Shown: one piece after another, positions 1 to 13,684 of the stretch | Position numbering within the stretch: position 1 is the stretch's first letter | Layout of the letters: each line of letters starts with the position of its first letter | Assembly: GCF_964188315.1 (NCBI RefSeq) | Contig: NC_135656.1 | Coordinates: 72,416,001-72,480,000 of the forward strand | Reading direction: 5' to 3' | DNA: 64,000 bases | Origin: Podarcis muralis | Lineage: Eukaryota | Made by a program: the position numbers and the translations under genes | The notes under the pieces: generated by a model | Databases searched by the model: none | Told to the model about the DNA's origin: nothing | The model's input: only the letters and a program-made list of their open reading frames with translations

Positions 1-3000
1 TGTTGCAGTTGCTATGTGCAACTTAAACAGTTATTCAATATGCAGTATACTCCACTGTGCTAGGCCCCAGTAGCCCTGGGCTTTGGAGAGAGCGGATTCT
101 TGCAAGAAGTACAGAACAGGCATGCAGCCTTTCTCAGACTCCTCTCTATTTGTTTCTTAGACATGCGTAATTATGGAACTAGAACTGTTTGCCCCAGCAG
201 TAGCAATGTGTCTGTTGCTTTCATCTTGACTTTTTGGAGCCCTTCCTCGCTGGCTTTCAGTTGAATGCAAGATAACGGAATTTTTTTTTCATTTATTTAT
301 CTATTTTAATAAATTTATACACTGCCCTTCATCGAAAGATCTCACAAGATAAAAAAAATACAAGAGAAAACAGACAAATAAACAGTTAAAAACAACAAAA
401 CAATAGCCCCCCTTCCACAAACACATTTAAAAGGCTGTATAATATCAATCAGCCAAAGCTTCCATCTCCCATGCAGATGCAAGAGTGAGAGCTCTTGAGC
501 AACAGAACCTTTTTCTCTCTACAACCTTAAGCAACCCCTGTTTACACAACAGCCAACGTTTCTGAGAATAGAAACAAATCTGCTTGGAAATATAATTCAG
601 CCCGCAAAGGCTGAAAGAAGCAGGGGATCCATGCCAGTCGGTGTTTGGGGGAAGATTGTGGCCCTACAGAAAAGGACAGCATATTCTAAAGAAAAAAACA
701 ATGGTCCGGGTTCCAGCACCCAGGATAATCTGCTTTTTGTGTGGAAGGGGTGCTATGTGGGGCAGCTCTCATTAAAGGGAAATCCTCTGTATGGAAAGTT
801 TGAATCAAGAATGCATAGGAATATTAGGAAGGAGATTCGCTGGGTGAAGCCAGTGATGAGCTGTATGGCACATACAGTACATGTCAGTACCAGACAATAC
901 ATGTATCTGGGCTGTGGGGCCGGCACATCAATTCCACTGGCACCGACTTTTCAGCAGCCCTAGCCATGAATAATGTTTTGGTGAGAGCTGGCTTAGCCTT
1001 TAACCCTTGTTTGTTGTCTTAATCTTTGTAATGAGGAGGTATGATAGTTGATGTTTGAAATGAGGGTGTGTGGAACCAGTAGGTGGGGTTTTTGTTTTGT
1101 TTGTTTTTTCCATAATTATAGCCACAAATAGGCAACAGCCTAGGCACAAGTCACATATACCGTGATCAGGTGCAATGGGCATTTTAAGGTGGCTGGAAGT
1201 TGCCACATCTGCCATCACCTTGTGTGTCCTTTCACGTGCAGATCATTTCCTCTGGACTACTCCCTCCCCTACCTACTGATTTAGGGTGGGAAGAAGCTGA
1301 CACATCCCAGGAAAGGCACAGCATCTGCAGAGGCCTCTAAGCCACACACCACCATTTATGTCATCTACGATGTGCAGGGGCTGATATGTAATTAACCTGG
1401 CTGGTCTAGATTATATCACAGACATCTGGATAATGGCACACTTTTGATGATTTGCCTCTGAGGTGCTGCTGCCGGATGCCGTCTATGTTGCAATTTTTAA
1501 GCATCGTTCTTATTTCACTGAGGTACTGTTTTACGAAGTGGTGTTACTTGCTTCAATGGGATATAAATATTTTAAACAAATAATCTTGGGTTTTTTTCTT
1601 GAATTGTTTATGGAAAAGGTACAGCCATATCTGTTCTCAAGGGCTCCAGAAATATTTTTCAAGGCGCAGAACATGGCGGGATGTCAAAACAGTCCAATAG
1701 GTAATTGATATTGTAAGATCAGGAAGGAATGCCACCTGTGCTGTGAAGAGCACCATCCATAAATACTATAAAATGGTAGAAGAACTAGAGCTGGTGTGAT
1801 GAACCTTTGGCCCTCCAGATGTTCAACTCCAACTCCCATCACCCCTATCCATTGGCCATGCTTGTTGGCAACATCCAGAGGGCCAGATGTTCCCCACACT
1901 TCAGACAGAAGCTCTTGGCTCAGCTCCTTCCGCCATAGCAAAGCTTTCCTCCCAAGACACATCCAGCAAGACAGTGCAGTTGGTAGCTGGATCCTTTTGT
2001 CAGTTAGCTTTGACTATGACAGCTGCTACTTTTTTATTATTATCTCTCCTGCCGCTGCCACCAATCTTAGGGGAGACTGGCTCCCTTTCAGTACATCCCT
2101 GCCTGCCTTCTTCCCATCTCCATCTGCAGAATGGAGCAAGATGGTTGCTGCTGTTCTCCACAACACCCCCTGGGTTTGGTTGTGGGCTTTCCAACCTCAG
2201 CCATGCTCAGAGAAAATGGCCTGCTAAAATGCCTGCTCCGTCCCTTGACCAAGATAATAATAGAAGGAACAGCTCTATCCTAACATACCTATTTTCTGAT
2301 AACCTTCATACTTGCTAGAAACTACTCCAGCAGGCTAGATGTTTCTGGGCGGAGGTTGGGAATGCAAGGTATTTCTATGTGCTAAAGCAATTGCTTTACC
2401 ATTTTAGAGAACAGGTTATGGGCAGCGATCCAGTTAAACTTGATCCCTAATAGAAAAGCTTGAAATTGCAGTCAGTGCCTCCCTCTCTTTGGTTTCTCTT
2501 CTCCTTTGTAAAACATGGAAGGACAAGTCACAGGGGCTTTCATGTGAAAGACAAGCCAGCCTGAAGGGATTATAAATACTCCTTTTATTCTCCCTGCATC
2601 AGTGAGAAAGCAGCAGCAAGAGGGAAAATTTCCAAAAGCTCCCAGTCCCAAGCCTAACTGCTGTGAACTTTGGGTTCCTATTAGGAACTTCTATTCCTAG
2701 CATAGTTTTAAAGGAATTACTCTATATGATGGAACCCACAGCAATCATTTCTGTGTCGTTATACTTCCAGGAGTAAAGGCTTCCTTTAACTGGATAAATG
2801 GGTTTCTAGAGCATGTAGGAACACGGGGTAAAATAGCACTTTGCAAATGATGCGTTAGCATCCACACCTTTTCTTAGAAACCTGCTGTGTAGGCAACATA
2901 CCTTCAGAGTTAGCAACAGCAATAGTTTGAATGTTTCTTTGCCCCAGCATGTCTCTGGGTAGCATGACACCTTAACACAATCATTTTCAATCCATGTGCT

Positions 3001-6000
3001 GTGAGAAAATGGCTAATGTGCGGTTGTGCTGTAAGCAGTTACAATGAGATGAATACAGCCTTAGTGAATTAACTGCTGGTCATCATCCTCTCACAAATAT
3101 TTACTTGGATCTGAATATTGAGAAGTACTCCCCAAATCAATCTGCTGGATGCACTTCCTCTTGGTAGAGATGGAGAACCTGTGGCACTCCAACTCCCATT
3201 GTCCTCAGTCAGCAGGGCCTGTGATCAGGGATGATGGGAGCTGTAGTTTGGAAACATCTGGAGGGCCACAGTTCCCCCATCACTGCTGTATGGTTTTAAG
3301 AGAGCAGTGAAAGTTTTCGTGTATACAGGCTTTGGGTAGCTTCTGGTTAGTGAAAGTGACTGGCATTGTGTCAAGATTGGTAGTTTGGTAGGCAGGGGCT
3401 GGTACTGTATCTTGATTGACCCTCAAACCTAAAGTTCCCTATCCCAGCAAAAACCATGTGTCAAGGGACAAGCTAAAAGATATGACCCTGCAGCCATTTT
3501 CAACTTATGGTTGAAGAGGTCTTGGTTATGACCTCCATTTACTTCTCACTTTTTTTATTAATTCCACAATTCCTCTCAAGCTGTATGGATCAGTTCTCGG
3601 TGATCTGGTTTCTACATGCAGGACACGTGCAATCTCTCACAGCTGCTACGTTCAGGTATCCCCCAAAGATGGGAAACATAGGAACTATTGGGAACTGACC
3701 CATATAAATAGGAAATGAACTAAATAAAAGCCATTTTGCATGGTAACATTCCCCCAGCATTTCCTTGCATCAAAGGAAATAAAAGCGATATATCAGTCAG
3801 ATTCCAGACACCTCCCATAAGGGCATTAAGTAGGGTGGATGTGCAATGAAGTAATCCCTGGAAATGATGTGATTCATCCTTCATGGAAAGCTGAGATCAT
3901 GGTGCCTACACACCTTAATTTAAAGGAACATTTGGCCATACTGTTTTAGTAAAATGCATAAATTTCCATACAATAAAGAGAGAGAGAAGATAGTGGTACA
4001 ACACGTAGGACCACTTTCCAAGATTTGTTGTATAGTACTAATCTCTTCTCAGTGCTTAACACTCTCCAAAGTGCTGCCCCCAAAGGGACAATAAAGGGCA
4101 AGTAGGCTTTATAGAGCTGCCGTAGCAACTAACGCATGCCTAGCTGGGGCAGCAGGTGTTTCCAATGCTGCCTGCCCACCCAGGGGTCTGCTCCCTGCCC
4201 TACTTGCACAACCGCAGGCAGGTCCTGGTCTGGAAATCCCCCAAGAGGCCATAGGTCCAGCAGGTATGGAGAGATGGGAGATCCACCAGGCAGCAGCTGC
4301 AGGCAGGTTCTGGTCTTGCCCCCAGGGCAGGCAACTAAGCATCACTATCCACATGAAATAACAGATTAATTTAAGGACTCAGAAATATTAAAGCATTTGT
4401 GCTGCTAGGAGTTAGGGTTGAAGCCCCTTAATTGTGATTGTTTGATTTCATGCATGTTTGGCCAGCAGCTGCAACTCCCACCTTGTCTGTTCCTCTTCTG
4501 GCACAGCCAGCCCCAATGGCCAGCAGATTCACACTGCATGGTGATGTGCAACAAGTGACTTCACAGCATGTCGTTTCCTCCTGATATTCTGGACTACAAC
4601 TAGTATTATCCCTGAGCATTGGCCTTGCTTGCTGGGGTTAATGGGGGCTGTACTACGCACATCTAGTAAGTAAAAGTAAAAGACACCGCTTTGGCTACCC
4701 TTACTTTAGCCTTTGTCCTGAGCAGGAATGGGGAACCTGTGGCGCTCCAGATGTCAGACTGTAATTCGCATCATACCTGACCATTATCCATGCTGGCTGG
4801 GGCTGATGGAGTCTCAGCAACATCTGGAAGGCCACATGTCCCCCATCCCTGCTCTAGAGGATCTAAGCTTTGATGTGACCTACATGGCAATTTTACAAAG
4901 AAGCCTAAGAGAGACTCTGTATTCTACTGTCTGGGTGTTCTAAACCATAGACCAAGAGGAAGGTTCATGGGAGTGGCTGGGTGCAGGTATGCCAAAAAAA
5001 GAGGGGGGGTGCCAAAGACAACAGAGTGATAAATTCTAGTGCTTTAATAAGAAAGGTGTAGACCTACCAGCCTGTCAGGTCTCCTAGCCTTTTACATGTG
5101 CGGGATGGACACCGCAGCAAGGAGTTCACCTTTGGTTCAGCACACTGGGACGGAACTATGAATGTAAATATAAATGTAACTCGGTTGGCCCATAAGAAAA
5201 TCTCCAAAATCCATATTAGCGTAATGCCTTTATCAGGCCATCCAGAGTGTCACAAAACTGTGAGGGTAGATCTTGGAAATTTAGAGAACTTCCAGCTTTT
5301 GCAATTATCTTGCAAACCTATTGGGGGAGCTACTGACCCAGGCCTCTGGATACAGATAAGCGTCCTCCATACTGACGGTAATTCTGCCAAGTACAGTTGT
5401 TTCCCTGAATATCTATGTGGTCACTAATTCCTCCAGCATTACCCATAATCTCTGAAGCTTTCTGTTTTGATCGCTCTCCAGTATTTCATCCAAACTTTTG
5501 GGACATGGTTCATATGTGTGTGGCTTGAAAAAAGTAAGCACAGTGACTTGCTTGCTTCCCTTCTGTGGCTTCTTCCCATAAATCTTTCTGTCTGCGATTC
5601 TAAGAAAGCCATCTATATCCTTCGTTAACTGCAGAGTTGCATGTCTATTTGGGGATCTATTTTGATTGCTTCACTTAGAGTACTGTACATTAAATATAGA
5701 GACCTGTGTCAATGCAAACCTATGCTTTTGAATGGCAAGAATATTTATGTAGACTTGAGTCCTAGCCAGCCTGTTCTAATTAAAGTTAATGGCTCGGATA
5801 TCTGTGCTGGTTAAATTTATTATCACTTTGTCGTGTCAGTGAAGTAATGACAATTTACACCAGCCAAAAGGTCTGGCCAATCAGAGGTTGATAGCCTTGG
5901 TTGTTGTCACTTTTGGGGTTGAGCTATTTCAGGACATTTCGGTGATCTGCAGAAGATTAGCTGCTGGTTCTGCTGTCATCAGCCTCTGCAGAGAGATGAG

Positions 6001-6148
6001 GTGAGAACCTTTAAGCATCCCTGGCACCATCTGCTTCTCAGCCCTTCTGCAGATCAGACTGTCCTGAGGGAACACTTCCCAAACCCCAAGACTTCTCTTT
6101 GCCATCCAACAGGTCACGACTGATTTTAGGGGCACCCATGGGGCCTTC

Positions 6149-6505
6149 TGTTATGTACTGAGTTGAATAGGATCCAAAATGCAGCAGTCTGATTGGTCCT
6201 AGAACAGGAGGATTCAGAATGCAGCAGTCTGATTGGCCCTAGAACAATAGGATTCAGAATGCAGCAGTATGATTGGTCCTAGAACAATAGGATCCAGAAT
6301 GCAGCAGTCTGCTTGGTCCACAGGAGCCACCCAATTCAGCTGTAGGATTGGCCTACAGGTGAATCCCAGAATTAGCCAATCACGTGGGGCCCATTGTGTA
6401 AATAATGTATATAAAGCAGACATTCTGGGGGAACTTCCATTCCTCCTCACCACTATGAGCTGAATAAAGAACATGAAATCCACTCTCGACTCCGAGTATA
6501 TTTCA
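6149..6505 (+). mobile_element. Solo LTR (ERV/LTR retrotransposon)
   Basis: TG...CA termini, near-TSD ccttc/cctcc, U3 tandem repeats carrying ATTGG, CCAAT+CACGTG 6376-6386, TATATAAA 6408-6415, AATAAA 6463-6468. Confidence 0.82.
6167..6319 (+). repeat. 40-bp tandem repeat x3.8 inside the LTR U3
   Basis: Unit ataggatccaaaatgcagcagtctgattggtcctagaaca, with 2-4 differences per copy. Confidence 0.92.
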
Positions 6506-7507
6506 CCTCCTTTAGACTTATGCTAAAGATCACTGCCTGCCTGTCTCCTATCACCCCACCCCAATATTACACATTGCTGAAGGCCTCCAGCATAGAACTG
6601 TCCCCTGTTGTGTTGCTGGTAGACGCCACACCAGAGGATAAAGACTGGTAAGTGTTAATACAAAATAAGATTTCCTCACAAATCAAGGGTTCCACTAAAC
6701 TGAAATTTGGTGGTTCTTTTTAAAATTATGTGCATTTTACCGAATTTCTGTTCTCATGTCCTGGGACACCTAAGTCAATTGGGGCAAAGTGAAGAGGGAG
6801 AAAGAGTAGCCCTTACATGATAATTTATGGCAGCAGGTTTCCTTTCCTTTTTGTAGTTCCTTGTTTTTCATTATTCCTTTTTTATTTTGAGTTCCTAGTG
6901 TTATAAAAAAAATCTCATTTGCTCATCTTTCTTGCTCGGTCATTGTTTGGCCCTTTTGAAATGCATGTAGGTTCAATACGTAATGAGAAGTATTTGTGAG
7001 CTTACTTGCTATTTTATTATTCCCTGTATTTCTCTGTAAATCTACAAGGACTTAAAACATTTTTTTTCTTTTTAAAAAGGAAGGAAGGAAGAAAGAAAGA
7101 AATCTTCTCATGCAAGATCCCAGTCTCTGATCTGGCATTGCTTTCTGTGCTAGGCCCATTCACAGTAAATCAGATAGTGAACTCAGAAGAACACTGTGCT
7201 AGCAGTGCTAGATCAGTATGTACTTAATACTGGAACAATGGAAAATAGCTAGCATTGAAAGAATGACTCCAGTATTGCTTTGGGAATTCTAAGAAACAAA
7301 TGAAAAAAACAGTACTGTACAGGTTTAAAAGGTTCCGTCCGCCATCTTGATTCAAAATGCTACTGACTTGTATCCAAGCAAAGACAAAAACCTGCTGCTT
7401 ATTTCAGGAACCATCATTTGGTTATGATAACTAAAGTGGTGCACAGATGCATGGCAAGCAAACTGCAATAGTACAAACTATTTTGTACTTTCCGAAATAT
7501 ATGTGGA

Positions 7508-7850
7508 AGGGGAGAAATTCAGTTCAGTTCACATTTCAAAATTTGCATTCCCTGGAATTTTGCAATACCCTTCTCCAGCCAAGTAATCTGTACAAAATGC
7601 ATATACTAAGTTAAAGTGTGCACACAAAAAAGAGTGTATATAATGTATTGGGGGCGGAACATAAAATGCATTATATTAGGTAAAATATGCTTAGGAAAAA
7701 TGTTTATATTAGGAAAAAATGCATATAAAATGTGTGTATTGGGATAAATTTGCCCTAAAATACTGGCAGATTTTCAGGGGGGCCTTTTTAAAACCATACT
7801 GATGTGGAAATGTGCAGAACTGAATTTAAGACGGGAAAAGTGACCTATGA
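7508..7850. repeat. Dispersed AT-rich lizard repeat (copies also ~9560-9950, ~18950-19460, ~42050-42125)
   Basis: Shared motifs gtggaaatgt(g/a)cagaactg and aactgaatttaaga..ggaaaa, plus repeated aatgcata/atattagg units; family unassigned. Confidence 0.65.
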
Positions 7851-8842
7851 TTATATATTTTTGTAGTTAAGTGTGTTAATAAACATCATGATCCATGGCT
7901 TCCTGACTTTTTGTTTCTGATTTAAAGGTAAAAAAAAAGACTTTTAAAAAATAATTTATTTTTTTAATGACAAAAAGTTGCTGGACACAAAAAAAATATC
8001 AAGCAAATATATATATATTCAAGAGTTAATTACCAACAGTGCAATCCTAACCATGTCTACTCAGAAGTGGGGTTAGGATTGCAGCCTAAGTCGTGGTTTA
8101 CTTAACAGATGAGCCCAATAAAAAGCCACCACAAGCTGTTTCCTAAAAAATACATATATTTATATACATTTAATGTATTTCTCAATGGATCTGTAGGTCT
8201 GACATGGCTCTGGATAAAGCTTCCAGAGCATTGTTTATTTCATCGGCTTATCTCCACTATCCGCTCCAAAATGTGTGTGTGTTTATTTGGTCAAATTGAG
8301 CAGGCTTGATGTTTCAGTCCAGTTAGTTTAGGGAGGGGAAAGGGAATTTGTGATAGGTCCGTCCCCCCCCCCCCCGGGTTTTCCAAGAACATAGTCATGT
8401 TCTATCCCTGCCACCCCCTCAGTTGTTCCTGGGAATAGCAGTTCAGCTTAGCTCACTACTCCTTCCTGGAAGTCCGTGGGACTTAAAGTGAGAAACAGGC
8501 ATTCTCTGTAGCCAGAGGTTGTTGGGTGGAAAAAAATGAGTGGCTCTGACATCTCCCTTCCCACTGTCCTTTCCCCAGTTTTTCTGGGTTATGTCAGTCT
8601 GAACTGAGAAAGTTCGGGTGTTTTGGTTCGAAAGAAAGAAAGAAACCAAATAAGCCTATTTTTCCGCAGCCTATTTTCAGGCCTCTCAGGAACCTTATAT
8701 CCTTTCTTTCTCTTTATGAGATGGTGTTTATTTTTCTCTATAATTAGTGTAAAGTGTACTAACGACTCCTTAAGCTTGAAAGCTTCATATGAATAACCCC
8801 TTCAGAACCTACCTGCAGTGTGCATGATTGGATAAAATACTT

Positions 8843-9406
8843 GTCCTTGTTTAGTCGTTTAGTCGTGTCCGACTCTTCGTGACCCCATGGACCAGAGCAC
8901 GCCAGACACTCCTATCTTCCACTGCCTCCCGCAGTTTGGTCAGACTCATGTTTGTAGCTTCGAGAACGCTGTCTAGCCATCTTGTCCTCTGTCGTCCCCT
9001 TCTTCTTGTGCCCTCCATCTTTCCCAACATCAGGGTCTTTTCCAGGGAGTCTTCTCTTCTCATGAGGTGGCCAAAGTATTGGAGCCTGAGCTTCACGATC
9101 TGTCCTTCCAGTGAGCACTCAGGGTTGATTTCCTTAAGAATGGATGCGTTTGATCTTCTTGCAGTCCATGGGACTCTCAAGAGTCTCCTACAGCACCATA
9201 ATTCAAAAACATCAATTCTTTGGCGATCAGCCTTCTTTGTGGTCCAGCTCTCAGTTCCATACATCACCATGGCTTTTACTATATGGACCTTCGTTAGCAA
9301 GGTGATGTCTCTGCTTTTTAAGATGTTGTCTAGGTTTGCCATCGCCTTTCTCCCAAGGAGCAGGCGTCTTTTAATTTCGTAATTAATTTTAATTTCGTAA
9401 TTAATA
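8843..9406 (-). mobile_element. 5'-truncated RTE-BovB LINE
   Basis: ORF 8851-9342 (SRDITLLTKVHIVKAMV...WRALVHGVTKSRTRLND) is the BovB ORF C-terminus. Tail cgactaaacgactaaac; 11-bp TSD ATAAAATACTT at 8832-8842 and 9407-9417. Confidence 0.93.
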
Positions 9407-10379
9407 ATAAAATACTTACTTTGTCTTTTTTTAAATGTAGGTTTATAACTAAAGAGAGGGCCAGAATCTCTTTACCCTAACGTATAACATGGTTCCTAAT
9501 ATTTTAATTAGGAGTGCCAGAATTGAGTTCCGGTGAGTTCTAGCTGAAAAAAAGCCCTGGGGGTGGGGAAGCAATTTGATGTTAAGTTCACATTTAAAGG
9601 TGAACCTACCAAATCTGCACTTTCTGAAACAATACGCCAACTGAAAAGCAGCCATCCTTCGAAATTCACATGTCCCTGAATTTTGCAATGCAGTTCTCCA
9701 GCAAGCAATGTGTGCAAAAGGGCATATAATAAAGTGTGCATTAAAAATGCATGAATTGCTTTGCAAAAATGTGTACATTAGAGAAAGCTGCATACAAAAA
9801 TGTGCATTATTGGGGGAATTTTGCACCAAATTGCTGACCATTTTTCAGAAGGTTTTTTTTTTTAAAAAAATTGCTGATAAAATGTGAATAACTGAATTTA
9901 AGATTGGGAAAATGAAAAATTGGGAGAACTGAAATGGACGCATCTATCCCTACCACACATAGTTCACTTGGTCCCAATAGGCTCCTCCCAATATAATGTG
10001 AGATGTCTTTATTTATATTACAGTAAGGATTTCTAAATTTGCATCTATACATACAAAATAGCATATGTGCAGTTTTGTGCAAATCTCTGCTTTCCTTTTT
10101 GGTGATGCGTTTTCTCTTTTTTTGCCAGTGCAAACGTATCCACCCTAGGGAGATTGTGTGAGGTAACCATGCCAGTAATGAAACGTCAAGGCACAATGTT
10201 TGTTAGAACCAGCAGGTCCAAGAGTAGGGTGGGCTAGAACTCTTTCCCTCTTCACATCTAGTTTTCTATGTGCAGGGAATTATTTTTGCGCGGCAGAGCA
10301 TTCAGTCAAACAAATCCTCGCCTGCAGTCTGATATGATACCGTCTGTGGTGCTGATTCTGATGGCCTTGATCAACGGCT

Positions 10380-10866
10380 CTTCTTCTTTGGTGATCACTC
10401 GTAGCCGAGTAAGATTGTCTTCCATAAACACGGTTTTAACAATGAATCCGTAAGTGACTGTGGAGGCCAATTCTGGATCCACACGTCCTTCCACAGTGGG
10501 GACATTGGTTTTCGGGCAGGAGTTGATCACGGTGTGGATTTGCCAAGCATGCCTTCCTCTTAGCATGTTTCTCCCTTGCATCCCTTTGAGTGTCTTCAAA
10601 GCCCATGACACCTTTGGTAAAGGCTATTCTCCAGCTGGAGCGCTCGCAGGCCAGTGTTCCCCAGTTGTCAATGTTTATACTACATTTTTTTAGATTTGCC
10701 TTGAGACAGTCTTTAAACCTCTTTTGTTGACCACCAGCATTACGCTTTCCATTTTTAAGTTTGGAATAGAGTAGTTGCTTTGGAAGACGATCATTAGGCA
10801 TCCGCACAACATGACCAGTCCAACGAAGTTGATGGTGAAGAATCATTGCTTCAACATTGGTGATCT
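10380..10866 (-). mobile_element. 5'-truncated RTE-clade LINE (non-BovB family)
   Basis: ORF HHQLRWTGHVVRMPNDRLPKQLLY...CPHCGRTCGSRIGLHSHLRIH is a typical RTE C-terminus. (GAA)n tail; perfect 13-bp TSD TTGATCAACGGCT at 10367-10379 and 10867-10879. Confidence 0.9.
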
Positions 10867-13684
10867 TTGATCAACGGCTATGCTCAGTCTGTCCAATATC
10901 TCTGGTCAAAAGGTATTTTCCTCCAAATCAAATTTAAGAATCTGCAAGGGACATATCTACCTTACTAGATTGATGGTGGCTTTCTGCTGCAACACATGAC
11001 TTGCCTTTTTGTATTTGAGTCAACGACAAACTCTTTGTTCTTCAGTGATCTCATTTCCCTCCTCCTCCCCCGTAGTGTACTTTATTTCTGCTGATGATAC
11101 TCTGCGGTCAGGATTGTGTTGGCGGTTCAGTGCAGGCCTGCTGCAAGGTGGGATTTCCTTTGGGCAGACAGTTTAACTAAGTCTTTCATGACCTCTTCTA
11201 CCATTTCCTTCCTTAGCTTTCAGTGGGTCCCGACCCCAGGGTGACGTGGGTTATCCACTCCTGCTACTGCAAAGTTTCCTTGCCAGGCCTCTTCCTTTTC
11301 TCCCTCTGCCATCAACCCCACTGCCACACATTGGGCAGAGCCCTCCTTCCTTCAGCAGCACAAACACACAAACCAGCAGCACTGCTGGGAAGGGAAAGTC
11401 CATTCTGTTTGCTTGTGTTACGTGGCAGTTACAGTGTGGCCTATACAAAGTATTACTTCCTAGGCAGACACTCAGAACCACTTTGGGTGATGCATAACTC
11501 AGGGTTTCCTTTTGTGTGGGAGGTGTGAAGAAGCAGCTGGAAAGTACCATATTAAAATACATTTGCATTCTTGACAGTTGAGTGATACTATTGTATTCAA
11601 AGTGAGCGATTAGTTCTTTCCACTGTGAGCCCACTCTTTACTTCTTAGGATGTTTGCGGGTGGCTATATTCCAAACTGGGGTTTGGCTTCAGTCTGCTTT
11701 TTCTGTTCACCCACCCTTTCTTTTTCGACATCGAGAGCAACACATGCTGATCTTGTGTTGGGTTGCAGCTGTGGCTCTTCAGAAAAATGGGCAGAGTGCA
11801 GGCCCTGCCTGCCCTTTGGGGATCTACCATGCAGTACTGCTGCAGCAGCACTGTTCTGTACAAATTGTTTTAGTGTTGCTCGCCATAACAACTACACTGC
11901 AAAACAAGCCATTATAGCTTCACCCTGCTTCTCCAAATGATGAGAAGTTCCAGGGGTGCAGCACTTCGTTTGGAAGGTCTGTGGAGTTTTATTGGAGTTT
12001 TGCAACGTTTGCATTTATTTAAAAATATAGAAGTTAACTATGGTGGAGGGACAGCTTAAGCGCTCTACCAGACAGCCAGAGACGACTGCTTCCACACCAG
12101 ATCTCCAGATACAGAAAGTCAGTACCCACAAATGCTTGGCTCTCTCTGGGAATTTCATTTGAACACATGAAGACGCAAGCCCTGCTCCCATAATGCTTCA
12201 AATGCCAGACCTGCTTCCCAGCTCATGCAGGATTGGTGTTAGACTGAAGGGGCTGCCTTACTCAAATGCAGGGTTTCCAAAAAGTGGACAGGAACTCTAG
12301 CTGACCTGATGAAAACAGTTCCCTTCAGACCAACAATGATCACATGTGTCTGGCACGCACAGCATCATCAAGGTGGTGGGGCTCATCCTGCAGATTACTC
12401 ATTGCCCCTTCATACATTCGCTTTGAACACCTGAAGATGGTTCTTGTGTCTCAGTCTATCCGAGGCCCACTCAAAAACTGCAGTATTCTATTGTGTCTCT
12501 TCACACAGAGACACATAGATTGCATCATCCTTAGTTGAGGATGGAGGTGTGAAAGAGGGCACAGGACAAACTTCAATTGCTGAAATGCCCCCCCCTTCTA
12601 CACAACTACTAAAGGCACAGCAACCCTGTCCACCTTTACATCTAGATGGAGGTGGGGCAGCAAAGGTGCTGCTGGTTCTCAGTAATTCTGTGCCCAAGAC
12701 AATACTTTCCAATGGTATTTGTATGCTTAGTAAAGATCCCCAGTGAGGATGGTGAGGAGAAGGAGAGCAGCTTTAAGGAAGAACCAAACTCCCCTACCTT
12801 TTGTACTGGGTCTACTTAGGAATAAGCATGCCATTGCAGTGCATCCTCATAAAGTCTTCTTGATCTGGTATTTGTCAAGGTGAACATGCACACAAATATC
12901 AGGACAGAAAATGGCAATGGCTTGAAAGGGCAACCTCAAGACAGCGGTTGCCCCTCCTTTGCCTGCTAAAAATCTGGTTGAAGCACCCACAGTGCCTCTG
13001 CTGCATTTACCCTTTGACCCTTTAATGCGCTTTCACATCTCTATTTTCCTTCTTCTTTCAGGACCCATGATTCTTCCTCATGCTCTTTCTTTCCTTCCCT
13101 ACCCTTTCAACAACTTTCTCCATCTCAATTTCAAGAGGTGTATCCGTGTCTGTTTTTTCTCCCTGTTGCAGCAAAAGCTACAGTCTTGTGAAACCTTACA
13201 ACAATAACCATTTTTAATGGCGTAAGCTTCCTTCAGATGCAATCATAAATTCATTTTTTTTCTGACTGGTAGCAGCTCTCCAAGGTTTCAGACTGGGGTT
13301 TCTCCCAGCCTTACCTGAAGATGCCAGGGATTAAACCTGGGACCTTCTGCATGCAAACCAGAAACTTGGCTGCTGAGATACTGCCATTCCCCCTGCATTG
13401 TATTATAGAGCTGCCTTGCTTTCACTAAATGTCTTCAGGAGCTGCCTTATCCACCTTTCAGCCTCACTTTCTCCTCCCCTGTCATCATGCCTGCTGTATG
13501 TCTTCTACCCCTTGCCTCTCAACAGCATTTAAGCCAGGCTCCTTAGAGTACAGAAAGAGCTGTACCAACTTTTTTGTATTTATAATACCTAGATTGTTTT
13601 TTTCTTTGTAATATTGAATTTATTCTGTTCTTGCTAAATTGTTGGTTCCTGCTATTTTAAATTTACTATTATGTATTTTGTATA

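Noticed and set aside
5098-5427. 109-aa + strand ORF with protein-like composition
   Set aside because: Non-ATG start, no recognisable domain and no convincing splice sites.
6167-6319. CRISPR-like repeat array
   Set aside because: Eukaryotic DNA; units are contiguous with no unique spacers, and they are LTR U3 tandem repeats.
8879-9382. 167-aa + strand ORF
   Set aside because: Antisense shadow of the BovB ORF.
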